A stretch of DNA of 64,000 nucleotides from an uncultured Fibrobacteria bacterium (GCA_963716395.1 OY970309.1:3424001-3488000); one strand, 5' to 3'. Shown: positions 20,191 through 30,775, counted from the first letter of the stretch. Translations and numbers: made by a program. The notes: generated by a model from the letters alone, not told the origin.

Positions 20191-20826
20191 TTAAAACGAA
20201 GCGAGAAACCGTTTGAAGCGATCGGCGTCTCCGAACCAGCTTTCTTCAGGGCCGAGCAAAAGCTTTTTCACGTTGAGTTCGAACACTTCCCATGCGCCTA
20301 ATTCCACTTCCCGTTCCAATTGGCCGGCGGCCCAGCCCGAATAGCCCAAAAACAGGCGTACGTATTTCGGATCGCGTTGCAAAATGTCTTCCAACGCATT
20401 CCACGCGCCGCCCAAATGCACGTCGGGGGCCACCGACAACGCGCCGGGCGCCGCCGGAGAGCCGATGTGCAAGACCTGCATTTCCGTCGGCTGCACCGGG
20501 CCGCCGACATAGACGCGGCGATTCTTTTCCAAAGACGACGCCCCCTCGGGGGGCGCATCGAAGATTTCGGAAAGCGGCATGTGCGCGGTGCGGTTCAAGA
20601 CCAGGCCATAAGCTCCGGCCTCTCCGTATTGGCACAGCAATACCACCGCCGAATTGAAATTAGGATCTTGCAATTCGTCGCGGGCCACCAGGATGGCTCC
20701 CGGGGCCAGACGCCTTTTGTGCGCTTCGGCGTCAAAACCAGCTTCCGCTTCGTCGCCCAAAGCCATGTGCCGAATATAAGAATTTTGATTTTGCGGTTTT
20801 TCATCTATCCGCGGTGTTTCAAGCAT
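20191..20826 (-). CDS. YqgE/AlgH family protein
   Basis: DPNFNSAVVLLC, GLVLN, GGPV, GYSGWAAGQLE.E; start may be 20766. Confidence 0.9.
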   Translation of the reverse strand: MLETPRIDEKPQNQNSYIRHMALGDEAEAGFDAEAHKRRLAPGAILVARDELQDPNFNSAVVLLCQYGEAGAYGLVLNRTAHMPLSEIFDAPPEGASSLEKNRRVYVGGPVQPTEMQVLHIGSPAAPGALSVAPDVHLGGAWNALEDILQRDPKYVRLFLGYSGWAAGQLEREVELGAWEVFELNVKKLLLGPEESWFGDADRFKRFLASF

Positions 20827-20894
20827 AAATCCCAGACTGAAACTTAAAGCTTCCCGTCAAGACGCCGATATCTCCCAGTGGAGGAGGCGCGACT

Positions 20895-21410
20895 ATGCAA
20901 TCCGCACTGCAAGGAAAAACTCTGTTGACCACGAATCCCGGGTCGCGCGTACGCCGGGAGATAAGGACCTGCAAACACCCGGGCTGCGGGAAAAAATTCG
21001 AAGGTTCGCCCACCTCGTTGTATTGCCTCGACCACCGTACCCGAAAAAGCCGCACGGAGCGGTTTATCCCCAAGGTGGCGCCCGAACCGGCCACTAACAA
21101 TCTGACACTTACGCCGCAAACCCAAAAACCCGAAACCTATTCGCTGGCTTGCTCGCTGCCGGGCTGCGGGCGAATCTATACGTTCACTTTATATCCGGAT
21201 CACACCGTGTACCCGATGTATTGTGAGGAGCATCGCAGCGAACACAAACGCCGGCATTTTCTGCAAATGGCGGAAAAAGGCAAACGTCCGAATTTCCAGC
21301 AAACGCATTGGGAAAAATGGAGCGATTACGAAGTGGATTTCGAGGCCTACGCCATCGAACAGCCCGTGTTGTCGCCGTTCGGCCGCGAACGGGGCGATTC
21401 CGCCCATTGA
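20895..21410 (+). CDS. Hypothetical protein with two C-x4-C...YC-x2-H putative zinc-binding motifs
   Basis: CKHPGC...YCLDHR and CSLPGC...YCEEHR; GGAGG RBS upstream. Confidence 0.75.
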   Translation: MQSALQGKTLLTTNPGSRVRREIRTCKHPGCGKKFEGSPTSLYCLDHRTRKSRTERFIPKVAPEPATNNLTLTPQTQKPETYSLACSLPGCGRIYTFTLYPDHTVYPMYCEEHRSEHKRRHFLQMAEKGKRPNFQQTHWEKWSDYEVDFEAYAIEQPVLSPFGRERGDSAH

Positions 21411-21729
21411 ACCTCCCAAATATCGCCCATTTCTAATTTCAGCCATTGCGATTTCGGGTTTAACCCGTGAAAGCGATCACCTCGCTTACCGCTCCCCGCG
21501 TTTAAATTTTCAGGCGTCCGGGGAAGGTGATAAGCCGGCTTTTCCCCCACTCTGCGGACATTGAGCGCTTTGCCTCCAGAAAGGCAAGGAGTTGTAGTCT
21601 CAACTATTTGGCAATTTTCTCAATCTGGTAAGAAAAAAATTACCTTTCGTTGATAATTGCGAGAGGGACCGTTTGCCGGGGACAAGGGCCTGCGCAATGA
21701 AACACATCCAACCAGTTGGAATTCACAGC

Positions 21730-23238
21730 ATGTTGACTCCAATAGCTCTATATCTGTTATTCGGTTTATATGCCATTGCCTCGATTGGCTTATTCACTTA
21801 CGGCATCAATTGCTATTGGCTGCTGGCGATCTTCCTGAGCAGGCGCCGCCGCGAAGTGGTTTATGATCGCCGTCGCCTGCGGCGTTTCTACGCCCAAGGC
21901 GGAACCGATTCCCTGCCGGTGGTGACCACGCAATTGCCGGTGTTCAACGAAGCCAATGTGATCGAGCGTCTGATCCGTTCCGTGTGCGCCATGGAATACC
22001 CCCCCGGCAAACACGAAATCCAGGTGCTCGACGACTCCATCGATGGCTCCGAAGCCACGGCGGCGCGCTTGGTCGAAGAAATGCGCGCGCAAGGGCATGA
22101 CATCGTGCTCATCCACCGCACCCACCGCCGCGATTATAAAGCCGGCGCCCTGAATGAAGGCATGGACGCCGCGCGCGGACAATTCCTGGCCATCTTCGAT
22201 GCCGACTTCGTACCGCCCACGGATTATCTGCTGCGCACCGTGCCGTTTCTGTGCATGGATGAAAAAGTGGGTCTGGTGCAGGCGCGCTGGGGACATCTGA
22301 ACTCGCAGGAATCATCCCTGACCTTGGCCCAGAGCATCGGCATCGACGGGCATTTCGTCATCGAACAATCGGCGCGTTCCTGGGGACGCCTGTTCATGAA
22401 CTTCAACGGTACGGCCGGGGTGTGGCGCAAGACGGCCATCGAAACTTCGGGAGGCTGGGAGGGCGATACCCTGACCGAGGACATGGATCTCTCCTACCGT
22501 GCGCAACTGCAGGGTTGGAAAATGAAATTCGCCTACGATGTGGTGGTCCCGGCCGAATTGCCTTCGGACATCAACGCCTTCAAGTCCCAGCAATTTCGCT
22601 GGGCCAAAGGATCCATTCAAACCGCCATCAAACTTTTGCCGAAGGTCTTGAAATCAAAAGAAAGGTGGCCGGTAAAATTACAGAGCATTTTGCATACCAC
22701 CCATTATCTGATTCACCCCTTGATGCTCCTCACAGCCCTTCTGGCACTCCCGCTATTGTATTGGTTTCCCTTCAAGGTCAGTACCGGCGCCTTCGCCGCA
22801 CTATGCATGTTGATCGTGATTTCTTCGTTGGCTCCCACTATCCTTTACCTCGTAGCGCAACGAGTCTCCCGCAAAAACTGGAAGATGCGCATCCTGTCGC
22901 TGCCCACCTTGATGGCCTTGGGAGTGGGCGTGGCATTCAACAACACCCGGGCCGTGTTTTCGGCCCTGACCGGACAAAAAGGCACCTTCGTGCGCACACC
23001 CAAATCCGGAGACAAAACGGTGTTCGTCTACCGCTCCAAATTCCCCGTCACCGCAGCCATCGAATTGGCGCTGGCGATTTATTGTTTCACGGGTTTCCTC
23101 CACTATACCTCGGCGCAAAAATATCTCGTGGGGCCTTTTCTCGGATTGTATGCCGTGGGGTTTCTGGTGGTAGGTTGCATGTCGCTGATGCATTACCTGC
23201 GCAAACAATCGCTGATTCGCTCGCTGCGCGCCACCTGA
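21730..23238 (+). CDS. Processive GT2 glycosyltransferase (cellulose-synthase-like, CslA-type)
   Basis: QLPVFNE, DDS, KAGAL, FDAD, FNGTAG, TEDMD, QQFRW and multiple C-terminal TM helices. Confidence 0.9.
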   Translation: MLTPIALYLLFGLYAIASIGLFTYGINCYWLLAIFLSRRRREVVYDRRRLRRFYAQGGTDSLPVVTTQLPVFNEANVIERLIRSVCAMEYPPGKHEIQVLDDSIDGSEATAARLVEEMRAQGHDIVLIHRTHRRDYKAGALNEGMDAARGQFLAIFDADFVPPTDYLLRTVPFLCMDEKVGLVQARWGHLNSQESSLTLAQSIGIDGHFVIEQSARSWGRLFMNFNGTAGVWRKTAIETSGGWEGDTLTEDMDLSYRAQLQGWKMKFAYDVVVPAELPSDINAFKSQQFRWAKGSIQTAIKLLPKVLKSKERWPVKLQSILHTTHYLIHPLMLLTALLALPLLYWFPFKVSTGAFAALCMLIVISSLAPTILYLVAQRVSRKNWKMRILSLPTLMALGVGVAFNNTRAVFSALTGQKGTFVRTPKSGDKTVFVYRSKFPVTAAIELALAIYCFTGFLHYTSAQKYLVGPFLGLYAVGFLVVGCMSLMHYLRKQSLIRSLRAT

Positions 23239-23302
23239 ACCTTGGTTCGGAATGCCGCGCGCGGCTCCGACCCGGGCTCGGTGATAACGTTTGATTTCCC
23301 CC

Positions 23303-24622
23303 ATGCCGTTTCTCTACTATCCTCTCGAATTGGAATTGCGCGGCCGCTCCGTGCTGCTGGTCGGGGGCGGAAAAGTGGCCGCGCGCAAATTGCCCGAACT
23401 CCTGGCCTGCGGCGCTTCGATCACTATGGTGGCTCCCGTGCTCACCCCGGCTGCGCGCCGGTTGCTGCCCTCCCTGGATTGGCAGCGGCGCGAATTCCGT
23501 GCGCAGGACGTGGAAGGCCGCCACTTGGTATTCGCCTGCACCGATCGGCCCGCCGTTAACGCCGCCGTGGCTAAAGCCTGCCGGGCACGCGGCATTCCCT
23601 GCAACCGCGCCGACGCCGCGGATCGCGGCGACTTCATCGTACCCGGCGTGATACGACGCGGCGACGTTACCCTCGCGATCAGCACCGGCGGGCGCGCTCC
23701 CGGCGTGACCCGGCATCTCAAACGCAAATTGGGCGCCGTCGTGGGTCCGGAATGGGACGCCGTGGCAAACTGGGTCGCCTCGCTCCGGAAAAAATCCGGC
23801 CTTACGCAAGCGCTCCCCTATGATCGCCTGGCGGCCGCGGCGCGAGCCGGGGGCGAACTACCTGTTCGCGACGCGCCGGGGGTTAAAAACGTCCGCGGTG
23901 CGCGCAAACGTCCGCAGCCGCCCGTGATGCTGCTCGGCGCCGGCTTCGGAACCCGCTCCACCCTGACCCTGGAAGGCGCCGAAGCTTTGCGCGCCGCCGA
24001 AGTGGTCATTCACGATCGTTTGGTTTCCGACGATATTCTGGCCTTGATTCCCGATAGATGCCTGCGCCTGGCTGCCGAAAAACGCGGCCACTTCGAATCG
24101 CAGCGCCAGAGCCACATCAACGCGCTGATGTTGCGTCATGCTCGCGCCGGCCGGCGCGTGGTGCGCCTTAAGGGAGGCGACCCCTTCATCTTCGGACGGG
24201 GCTGGGAAGAAGTCTTGGCACTGGAAGCCGCGGGTATTCCCTGGCGAGTATTACCCGGGGTCAGCGCGGCCTCAGGCGTCCCGGCCGTGGCGGGAATTCC
24301 GTTGACGCATCGCGGCGTGGCCCGATCCTTTGCCGTGGCTTCGGGCATGGCTTACGAAGGAACCGTGAAGCGTTTTCCCAAAGCTGACACCTTGGTGTTG
24401 CTCATGGCGTTGTTCCGCTGGCCGGAAATCCTACCCGCCCTGCGGCGCGCGGGCTACAAACTTTCGACGCCAGCCGCGGCCATCGAACACGGCGGGCTTC
24501 CCGAACAGCGCGTATGCCGCAGCACCTTGGGCCGATTACATGCCGATACCGCGCATCTGGGTTTTGATTCGCCCACCTTGATCGTGATCGGCGAGGTGGT
24601 GGGCCTGGCAAAAAAAATCTGA
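23303..24622 (+). CDS. cysG: Siroheme synthase (precorrin-2 dehydrogenase/ferrochelatase + uroporphyrinogen-III C-methyltransferase)
   Basis: VGGGKVA, AISTGG.AP, HDRLV, RLKGGDPFIFGRG.EE, PGVSA, GIPLTHRG. Confidence 0.88.
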   Translation: MPFLYYPLELELRGRSVLLVGGGKVAARKLPELLACGASITMVAPVLTPAARRLLPSLDWQRREFRAQDVEGRHLVFACTDRPAVNAAVAKACRARGIPCNRADAADRGDFIVPGVIRRGDVTLAISTGGRAPGVTRHLKRKLGAVVGPEWDAVANWVASLRKKSGLTQALPYDRLAAAARAGGELPVRDAPGVKNVRGARKRPQPPVMLLGAGFGTRSTLTLEGAEALRAAEVVIHDRLVSDDILALIPDRCLRLAAEKRGHFESQRQSHINALMLRHARAGRRVVRLKGGDPFIFGRGWEEVLALEAAGIPWRVLPGVSAASGVPAVAGIPLTHRGVARSFAVASGMAYEGTVKRFPKADTLVLLMALFRWPEILPALRRAGYKLSTPAAAIEHGGLPEQRVCRSTLGRLHADTAHLGFDSPTLIVIGEVVGLAKKI

Positions 24623-24634
24623 ACGGGCTGATCA

Positions 24635-24822
24635 GCCGAATCCTGATTTACCCGCCGCGCCCTGAGTCTGCTGTAGGGCACCGATTCCCTTGGCCGGTGA
24701 ACCTGGTTCCCGAGCTTGCGAGGGATGTCGAACCCGCCGGAGAGCACGGCTATAAACACCGAGCCGCATCGCGGTTGCGGGTTTACCGATACTCTCGGTG
24801 TCGCGCACCACTCGCGGAACGG
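24635..24822. repeat. Intergenic structured repeat, copy B (long imperfect hairpin)
   Basis: Reverse complement of 24635-24740 aligns with 7807-7947; internal pairings 24695-24705/24778-24788 and 24677-24684/24795-24802. Confidence 0.65.
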
Positions 24823-24854
24823 AAGTATTTCACGATAGGTTCTACTTTTGATCC

Positions 24855-26897
24855 ATGCCCGAAACTTTCTACGTCACCACCCCCATCTATTACGTCAACG
24901 ATGCGCCGCATATCGGCCACGCCTACACCACGGTGCTGGCCGACGTGCTGGCGCGTAGCCACCGGCTGCTCGGGCATGAGGTGTTCTTTCTCACCGGCAC
25001 CGACGAACATGGGCAAAAGGTGCAGCAAGCCGCGGAGAAAAGGGGGGTGACGCCCAAGGCCCATACCGACGCCTATGCGCAGCGCTTCCGCGACGCCTGG
25101 ACCGGATTGGGAATCGGCTACGATCACTTTTTGCGCACCACCGATCCCGCGCATATCGACTTCGTGCGTACCCAGGCACAACGGTTATGGGATTGCGGCG
25201 AGGTGTACAGCAAGGAATACGCGGGTTGGTATTCCACGGCGGAAGAACGCTTCTTTGCCGAAACAGAGTTGGTGGATGGAAACGATCCCGTGGGCGGACG
25301 CCCCGTGGAGTGGATTCAAGAGAAGAATTACTTCTTCAAAATGTCGGCCTATCAAGACTGGCTTTTACGCCACCTGGAAGCGCATCCCGACTTCATTCTG
25401 CCCGATTTCCGCCGCAACGAGGTGTTGGGATTTCTGCGCCAGCCGCTGGCCGATCTCTGCATCAGCCGGCCCAAGTCACGCCTCGCGTGGGGCGTGTCAC
25501 TGCCTTTCGACGAAGACTATGTGGCCTACGTCTGGGTCGACGCCTTGCTGAACTACGTCTCGGCCGTATCCGAACGCCGTTTCGCCGCCGGAGCGCCGAT
25601 CTGGCCGGCCGACGCGCATCTCATCGGCAAAGACATTCTCACCACGCATGCCGTTTACTGGCCCACCTTGCTACAGGCCTTGGGTCTGCCCCAACCCCGC
25701 CACATCGTGGCCCATGGCTGGTGGCTGGTCGACAATGCGCGCATGAGCAAGACCACGGGCAATGTGGTCAGCCCGCTGGCCATGAAAGACAAATACGGTG
25801 TCGACGCTTTCCGCTACTTTCTGCTGCGCGAAATGGCCGTGGGCCAGGATGCGGCCTTCAGCGAAGAGATTTTCGTCACGCGCTACAACGCCGATCTCGC
25901 CAATGACCTGGGCAACGGCCTGAGCCGCGTGCTGAAACTGGGGCAGGCGGCGGCCTCGCCCCTGGCCTTCGCGACGGCCAACGCGTCAGAACCGGCCGTA
26001 GCCTTGCGCGCCGAAGCGGAAAAATTCCTGGCGGCCTTTCCCCAATTCCTGGCGGACTTCGCCCCGCATCGCATCCCCGCGCAGGCCTCCGACTTGTTTC
26101 GTGCGGTCAACCGTTATCTGGAGCACACCGCGCCCTGGAAACTGGCCAAGGGGGGCGACGACGAAAAGCGCGAACTCGCGGCGGTGCTCTGGCAGGCATC
26201 CGAAGCGCTGCGACTCGGCTTTACCCTTTTGCTGCCCATCATGCCGACGAAGATGCGGGCAGCCTTGGACGCGTTGGGAATCGATCCGGAGCGGAGCCCG
26301 CTGCAATGGAATGATGCCGCGCGCTTTACCTTGCGGTTTGTTCCGCCCCTGTTTCCCCGCATCGCGCCGGTGACCGCGGCCTCCGCCTCGGAGGAGGCCG
26401 AGAAGGCTTTTGACGCGCTGGATTTGCGCACGGTCCGGATTCTCACCGCCGACGATCACCCCCAGGCCGAATCCTTGTACATCCTGCGCGTCGACTTGGG
26501 GGACGGTGAAATCCGCACCGTCTGCGCAGGTCTGCGCAAGCATGTGGCGAAAGTAGACTTGCCGGGAAAGATCGGCGTACTGGTGGCCAATCTCAAGCCC
26601 GCCTCCTTGCGCGGTGTGGTCAGTCAGGGAATGTTGCTGGCCGCCGAAGCCGGCGGCCGCCTGATGTTGGCGCAGCCCCAGTCGCCGGAAATCGGCCTGC
26701 CCGTAGGCCTCGAGAGCCGGCCCCGCGCCGCCGGCGACCCTCCCAAACCGATGATCGGCTTGAAGGAATTCGAGAAATGTCCGCTGACGGTTCAAGGTCA
26801 AGCGGTGTGCTATGGCCGGGTTCCGTCGGCTCTTCCCCTGATCGCGGGCGGCGCGCCCATCCGGATCGAGGCTCCGGACGGCGTTGTCGTGCGTTAG
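24855..26897 (+). CDS. metG: Methionine--tRNA ligase with C-terminal tRNA-binding (Trbp111/EMAP-like) domain
   Basis: TTPIYYVN, HIGH, GTDEHG, YVWVDAL.NY, RMSKT, NLKPASLRGVVSQGMLL. Confidence 0.95.
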   Translation: MPETFYVTTPIYYVNDAPHIGHAYTTVLADVLARSHRLLGHEVFFLTGTDEHGQKVQQAAEKRGVTPKAHTDAYAQRFRDAWTGLGIGYDHFLRTTDPAHIDFVRTQAQRLWDCGEVYSKEYAGWYSTAEERFFAETELVDGNDPVGGRPVEWIQEKNYFFKMSAYQDWLLRHLEAHPDFILPDFRRNEVLGFLRQPLADLCISRPKSRLAWGVSLPFDEDYVAYVWVDALLNYVSAVSERRFAAGAPIWPADAHLIGKDILTTHAVYWPTLLQALGLPQPRHIVAHGWWLVDNARMSKTTGNVVSPLAMKDKYGVDAFRYFLLREMAVGQDAAFSEEIFVTRYNADLANDLGNGLSRVLKLGQAAASPLAFATANASEPAVALRAEAEKFLAAFPQFLADFAPHRIPAQASDLFRAVNRYLEHTAPWKLAKGGDDEKRELAAVLWQASEALRLGFTLLLPIMPTKMRAALDALGIDPERSPLQWNDAARFTLRFVPPLFPRIAPVTAASASEEAEKAFDALDLRTVRILTADDHPQAESLYILRVDLGDGEIRTVCAGLRKHVAKVDLPGKIGVLVANLKPASLRGVVSQGMLLAAEAGGRLMLAQPQSPEIGLPVGLESRPRAAGDPPKPMIGLKEFEKCPLTVQGQAVCYGRVPSALPLIAGGAPIRIEAPDGVVVR

Positions 26898-26938
26898 TTG
26901 TTAATTTGCAATCGAGGTTTCGCCATGCATATTTCGTT

Positions 26939-28384
26939 ATGAGTTCTTCCGCCGATGGCTCCGCGCCTTCTCCTTACGCCGAAGATTCGTCCCTGCGCAT
27001 CATCGAGCCGCAGCCGCCGCTGCCCGATCACTCCATCGACAATTTCTCCGCGCCGCTGCAGGCGGTGATCCGCCAGAACCAATGGTCGGACCTGATGCTG
27101 GTGCAGAAGAAGGCCGTGCCCTATCTGCTCAACGCCATGGACATCATCGTGCAGTCCAAAACCGGGTCGGGAAAAACCGGCGCCTTCATGCTGCCCCTGC
27201 TCGAAGTGATTGAAAAGGGCCACGCCCGCCCGCAGGCGCTGATCATGGCGCCCACGCGCGAACTGGCGCTGCAAGTGCACGAAGAGGCCGTCCGCTTCGG
27301 CGAACCGCTCGGCATCCGCTCGGTGGCGGTGTACGGCGGCGTTTCCTACGGGCCGCAACTCGAAGCCTTTCGCAACGGCGTGCACATCGTGGTGGGCACG
27401 CCGGGCCGGCTGCTCGATCACATCATGAGCGGCAACCTCAAGCTGAATTCCATCCGCGACCTGGTGCTCGACGAAGCTGACGAACTGCTGTCGATGGGCT
27501 TCTATCCCGACATGAAACGCATCCAGCAATTCCTGCCCAAGGATCGCTGCACCTATCTGTTCTCCGCCACCATCCCCCCCAACGTCAAACGCCTGGCCCA
27601 GGAATTCATGCGCCGGCCCAAATTCCTGAGCCTGTGCCCCACCGAGTTGTCGGTGTCGAGCATGGAACACATGTATTACGTGGTGGATCCGCAGGATAAG
27701 GACAAGGCCCTACTCCTGCTCATCGAATGCGAAAACCCCGAAGCGGCACTCATCTTCTGCAACACCCGGCGCGACACCGGTTACGTGCACGCCTTTCTCA
27801 AGGCGCGGGGCTTCCGCGTGGGCGCCATCTCGGGCGATGTGGAACAGAAAGATCGCCAGAAAGTGATGCGCGAGCTGAAAACCGGCGCCATCCGCTTTCT
27901 GGTGGCCACCGACGTGGCCGCCCGGGGCATCGACATTCAAGGGCTGACGCATGTCTTCATGTACGACCACCCCGACGACTCCGAGATTTACGTGCATCGC
28001 GCAGGCCGAACGGCCCGGGCCGGGAATTCGGGTTTGGCGATTTCGCTGGTGGGACGCGTGGAAGAAATCGCCTTGAAGAACACGGCGCAGAAGTTCAGCA
28101 TCCCGTTCATCAAGAAAAGCCTGCCCAGCGAGAAACAGGTCGAAGACATCATTCGCGAACGCACGACAACCTACCTGGAGCAGGCCTACCGCGATTTGAA
28201 GCAGGCCGACCAACTGGGGGCGCGGCGCATGGTGCCGCTGCTCGAATCGTTAATCAGCTCTGACGACGAAAAACTCGTGTTGGGCATGATCCTGCATCAA
28301 TTTTACTGGAAAGCCTTTACGGGCAACGATCCGGCCGCCTCCGATTCCGAAAATTCCGGCGGCATCACGCCTGCTGCCAGTTGA
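26939..28384 (+). CDS. DEAD-box RNA helicase
   Basis: KTGSGKT, PTRELA, TPGRL, DEAD, SAT, TDVAARGID, HRAGRTAR. Confidence 0.93.
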   Translation: MSSSADGSAPSPYAEDSSLRIIEPQPPLPDHSIDNFSAPLQAVIRQNQWSDLMLVQKKAVPYLLNAMDIIVQSKTGSGKTGAFMLPLLEVIEKGHARPQALIMAPTRELALQVHEEAVRFGEPLGIRSVAVYGGVSYGPQLEAFRNGVHIVVGTPGRLLDHIMSGNLKLNSIRDLVLDEADELLSMGFYPDMKRIQQFLPKDRCTYLFSATIPPNVKRLAQEFMRRPKFLSLCPTELSVSSMEHMYYVVDPQDKDKALLLLIECENPEAALIFCNTRRDTGYVHAFLKARGFRVGAISGDVEQKDRQKVMRELKTGAIRFLVATDVAARGIDIQGLTHVFMYDHPDDSEIYVHRAGRTARAGNSGLAISLVGRVEEIALKNTAQKFSIPFIKKSLPSEKQVEDIIRERTTTYLEQAYRDLKQADQLGARRMVPLLESLISSDDEKLVLGMILHQFYWKAFTGNDPAASDSENSGGITPAAS

Positions 28385-28470
28385 TTTCGTCTGCAGGCCC
28401 CATCCCACGGGTCGTCAACGCGGATGATGCAGGGTAAATTAATACCTTCACGGACGACCGCATCCGCATT

Positions 28471-29223
28471 ATGTCCATCAAAACCAAAACCGACCGCGAA
28501 ATCGCTTTAATCCGTGACTCCTGCGAGTTGGCTGCCGACATTTTGCGGCGCTCGGGCGAATTGGCGAAGCCGGGTATCACCACCGAAGACATCAACCGCT
28601 TCGTGCATGAAGAAACCCTGCGGGCCGGAGCCTATCCGTCGCCCCTCAATTACCATGGATTTCCCAAATCGGTGTGCACCTCGGTAAATAACATCGTGTG
28701 CCACGGCATTCCCGGCGGTTATGTTCTGAAAGAAGGCGATATCATCAACATCGATGTGACCTGCCTCCTGTACGGCTATCACGGCGACTGTTCCAAAACC
28801 TTCGCGGTGGGCGCGATTTCTCCCGAAGCGCGCGCGTTGGTCGACGCCGCCGAGCGCTGTCTTGAGGAGGGCATCGCCGTGGCCTTGGAGGGCAACCACT
28901 TCGGCGATATCGGCGCCGCCATTCAGGATCTGGCCGACGATTACGGGTACGGCGTGGTGCGCGAGTTCTGCGGCCACGGCATCGGCCGCAATTTTCACGA
29001 AGATCCGATGGTGCTGCATTACCGCACCAAAAGCCGCGGGGACCGCATTCAAGAAGGCATGGTGTTCACCATCGAGCCCATGATCAACGCTGGTTCCGCC
29101 GCCGTGTACGTTGCGTCGGATCATTGGACCGTGCTCACCAAGGACGGATCGCTGTCGGCGCAGTTCGAACACACCCTGGCCATGACGCGCCATGGACCTG
29201 AAGTGCTGACGCGCATCGATTGA
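28471..29223 (+). CDS. map: Methionine aminopeptidase type I
   Basis: CTSVN..VCHGIP, NIDVT, GDCS, GHGIG..FHE, FTIEPMIN, SAQFEHT. Confidence 0.96.
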   Translation: MSIKTKTDREIALIRDSCELAADILRRSGELAKPGITTEDINRFVHEETLRAGAYPSPLNYHGFPKSVCTSVNNIVCHGIPGGYVLKEGDIINIDVTCLLYGYHGDCSKTFAVGAISPEARALVDAAERCLEEGIAVALEGNHFGDIGAAIQDLADDYGYGVVREFCGHGIGRNFHEDPMVLHYRTKSRGDRIQEGMVFTIEPMINAGSAAVYVASDHWTVLTKDGSLSAQFEHTLAMTRHGPEVLTRID

Positions 29224-29253
29224 AGGGGCCCGCCCCCCGGGGCCGGGCGCCGC

Positions 29254-29772
29254 TCAACTATCGTCTTCGCTGTCTTCTTCGACGGGGAAATGGATGGAGC
29301 TGAGATCTCCCCCCTTTTCCTCGATTTTCTTTTTGAGGCGGTATAAATCATCCAGCCGCACGTGATACCCCTTGGCGTCGTCGTCGGTGATCCCATTGCG
29401 GATGAGGAATTCACACACCTCGATGGCCTGGTCGAGATTTTTCTGGTTTTGAAAATAGGTGATGAGGGCTTTGCATTGTACGGCCACGAATTTGGGGTTG
29501 TAGCCGAACTTCTTGATGGTCTCGCGTAAGAAGTCGAAGGAAAACCGAGTCAAGGCCTCCTTGTCCATCTGGGATTTGCTTTCCTTAATCTTGAAGGTCA
29601 GCAGATCGAGGAATTCATGCGCCACTTCGACCCGGTCGAAAAATGGCGCTTCGGAACGCTGGTAGGCGGCGAAGTCTTCCAGCACGCCGACGTCATCGTC
29701 GCGCAAACGGCGCAGCAGGCTTTCGAGAAATTCCTCCTTGGACCCGGGTGCGGGTTCAGACGCTTCGCTCAT
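29254..29772 (-). CDS. Hypothetical acidic helical protein coupled to the kinase
   Basis: ATGA overlap with kinase stop; natural-looking composition; acidic C-terminus. Confidence 0.75.
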   Translation of the reverse strand: MSEASEPAPGSKEEFLESLLRRLRDDDVGVLEDFAAYQRSEAPFFDRVEVAHEFLDLLTFKIKESKSQMDKEALTRFSFDFLRETIKKFGYNPKFVAVQCKALITYFQNQKNLDQAIEVCEFLIRNGITDDDAKGYHVRLDDLYRLKKKIEEKGGDLSSIHFPVEEDSEDDS

Positions 29773-30695
29773 GGCTTCTCCATTTTCGCCAATGCCGGGG
29801 CTATCATCCGCAGTTCCTGGAGCATGGCGTCGGCGCCTGGATAACGCTGTTCTTTTTTGGGACGCAGGGCGCGCGCGATGAAATCGCTCCACGCCACGGG
29901 CACCGAAGGGGAAAGATCTTTGGCCATGCCGGAAAACATATCTGGATTTTCCCGCGCGCGCGCGCGGAAAATTTTTTCGGGCCGTTCCACTTTGGCGGGC
30001 AGGAACCCCAGGGTGCATTCGAGCAAGACGCAGCCCAGCGAAAACAAATCGGCGCGGCCGTCGACGGTTTCGCCGCGCGCCTGCTCGGGTGACACGTACA
30101 GGGGCGATCCCAGTATGAACGCTTTGTCCTCTTCGGCGAAGCTGTGGTGCACGGTGGCCAGGCCGAAATCGGCGACCATGATTTTATTCTGGCGTTCGAG
30201 CAGGAGCAGGTTCTCCGGCTTGATGTCGCGATGCACCACGCCTTCCTGGTGCGCGAAGGCCAGTACCTCCAGGGTTTGATCGGCCACCGAAACCAGTTCG
30301 GCCACGGTGGGCAGGCGTTTGCGGGGCAGCGGATGGCGCTTTTTCATCTCCAACCATTTGTGCAGTCCAAACCCCTCGACGTATTGCATCACGAAAAAGA
30401 GATATTCCTCCCTCTCGCCGAATTCGAAAATGGGGACGATTTGGGGATGGAAGAGGTTGGCCACCAATTCAGCCTCGTGCCGAAAGCGCTCCGGGGTGAA
30501 AAATTTGTTGAAACGGCTGCGGAACACCACCTTGACCGCCACTTTCCGGCTCAGACCCGACTGGAAACCACGGTACACCACACCCATGCTGCCTTCGCCG
30601 ATGCGGTCCAGCAAGGTCACATTTCCCAGAACCACGCCGGTCAAATCCGGCAAGGCGCTTTTATTTGTGTTTCCCGCCGACTGGGATGTCGTCAT
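29769..30695 (-). CDS. Hanks-type Ser/Thr protein kinase (cytoplasmic)
   Basis: GEGSMG, VAVK, HRDIKPEN, DFG, GSPLYVSPEQ, DLFSLG; no TM segment. Confidence 0.92.
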   Translation of the reverse strand: MTTSQSAGNTNKSALPDLTGVVLGNVTLLDRIGEGSMGVVYRGFQSGLSRKVAVKVVFRSRFNKFFTPERFRHEAELVANLFHPQIVPIFEFGEREEYLFFVMQYVEGFGLHKWLEMKKRHPLPRKRLPTVAELVSVADQTLEVLAFAHQEGVVHRDIKPENLLLLERQNKIMVADFGLATVHHSFAEEDKAFILGSPLYVSPEQARGETVDGRADLFSLGCVLLECTLGFLPAKVERPEKIFRARARENPDMFSGMAKDLSPSVPVAWSDFIARALRPKKEQRYPGADAMLQELRMIAPALAKMEKP

Positions 30696-30775
30696 TAGCG
30701 AACTCGAACTACTCAGGGGAGTTGCGAAATTATACAATTGCCTAGGTTCCGCGTCTCGAAATCGATCCGTTCCTG

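Noticed and set aside
24623-24854. T-box or SAM riboswitch upstream of metG
   Set aside because: No GGTGG.ACC T-box sequence, terminator U-tract or SAM-I core seen
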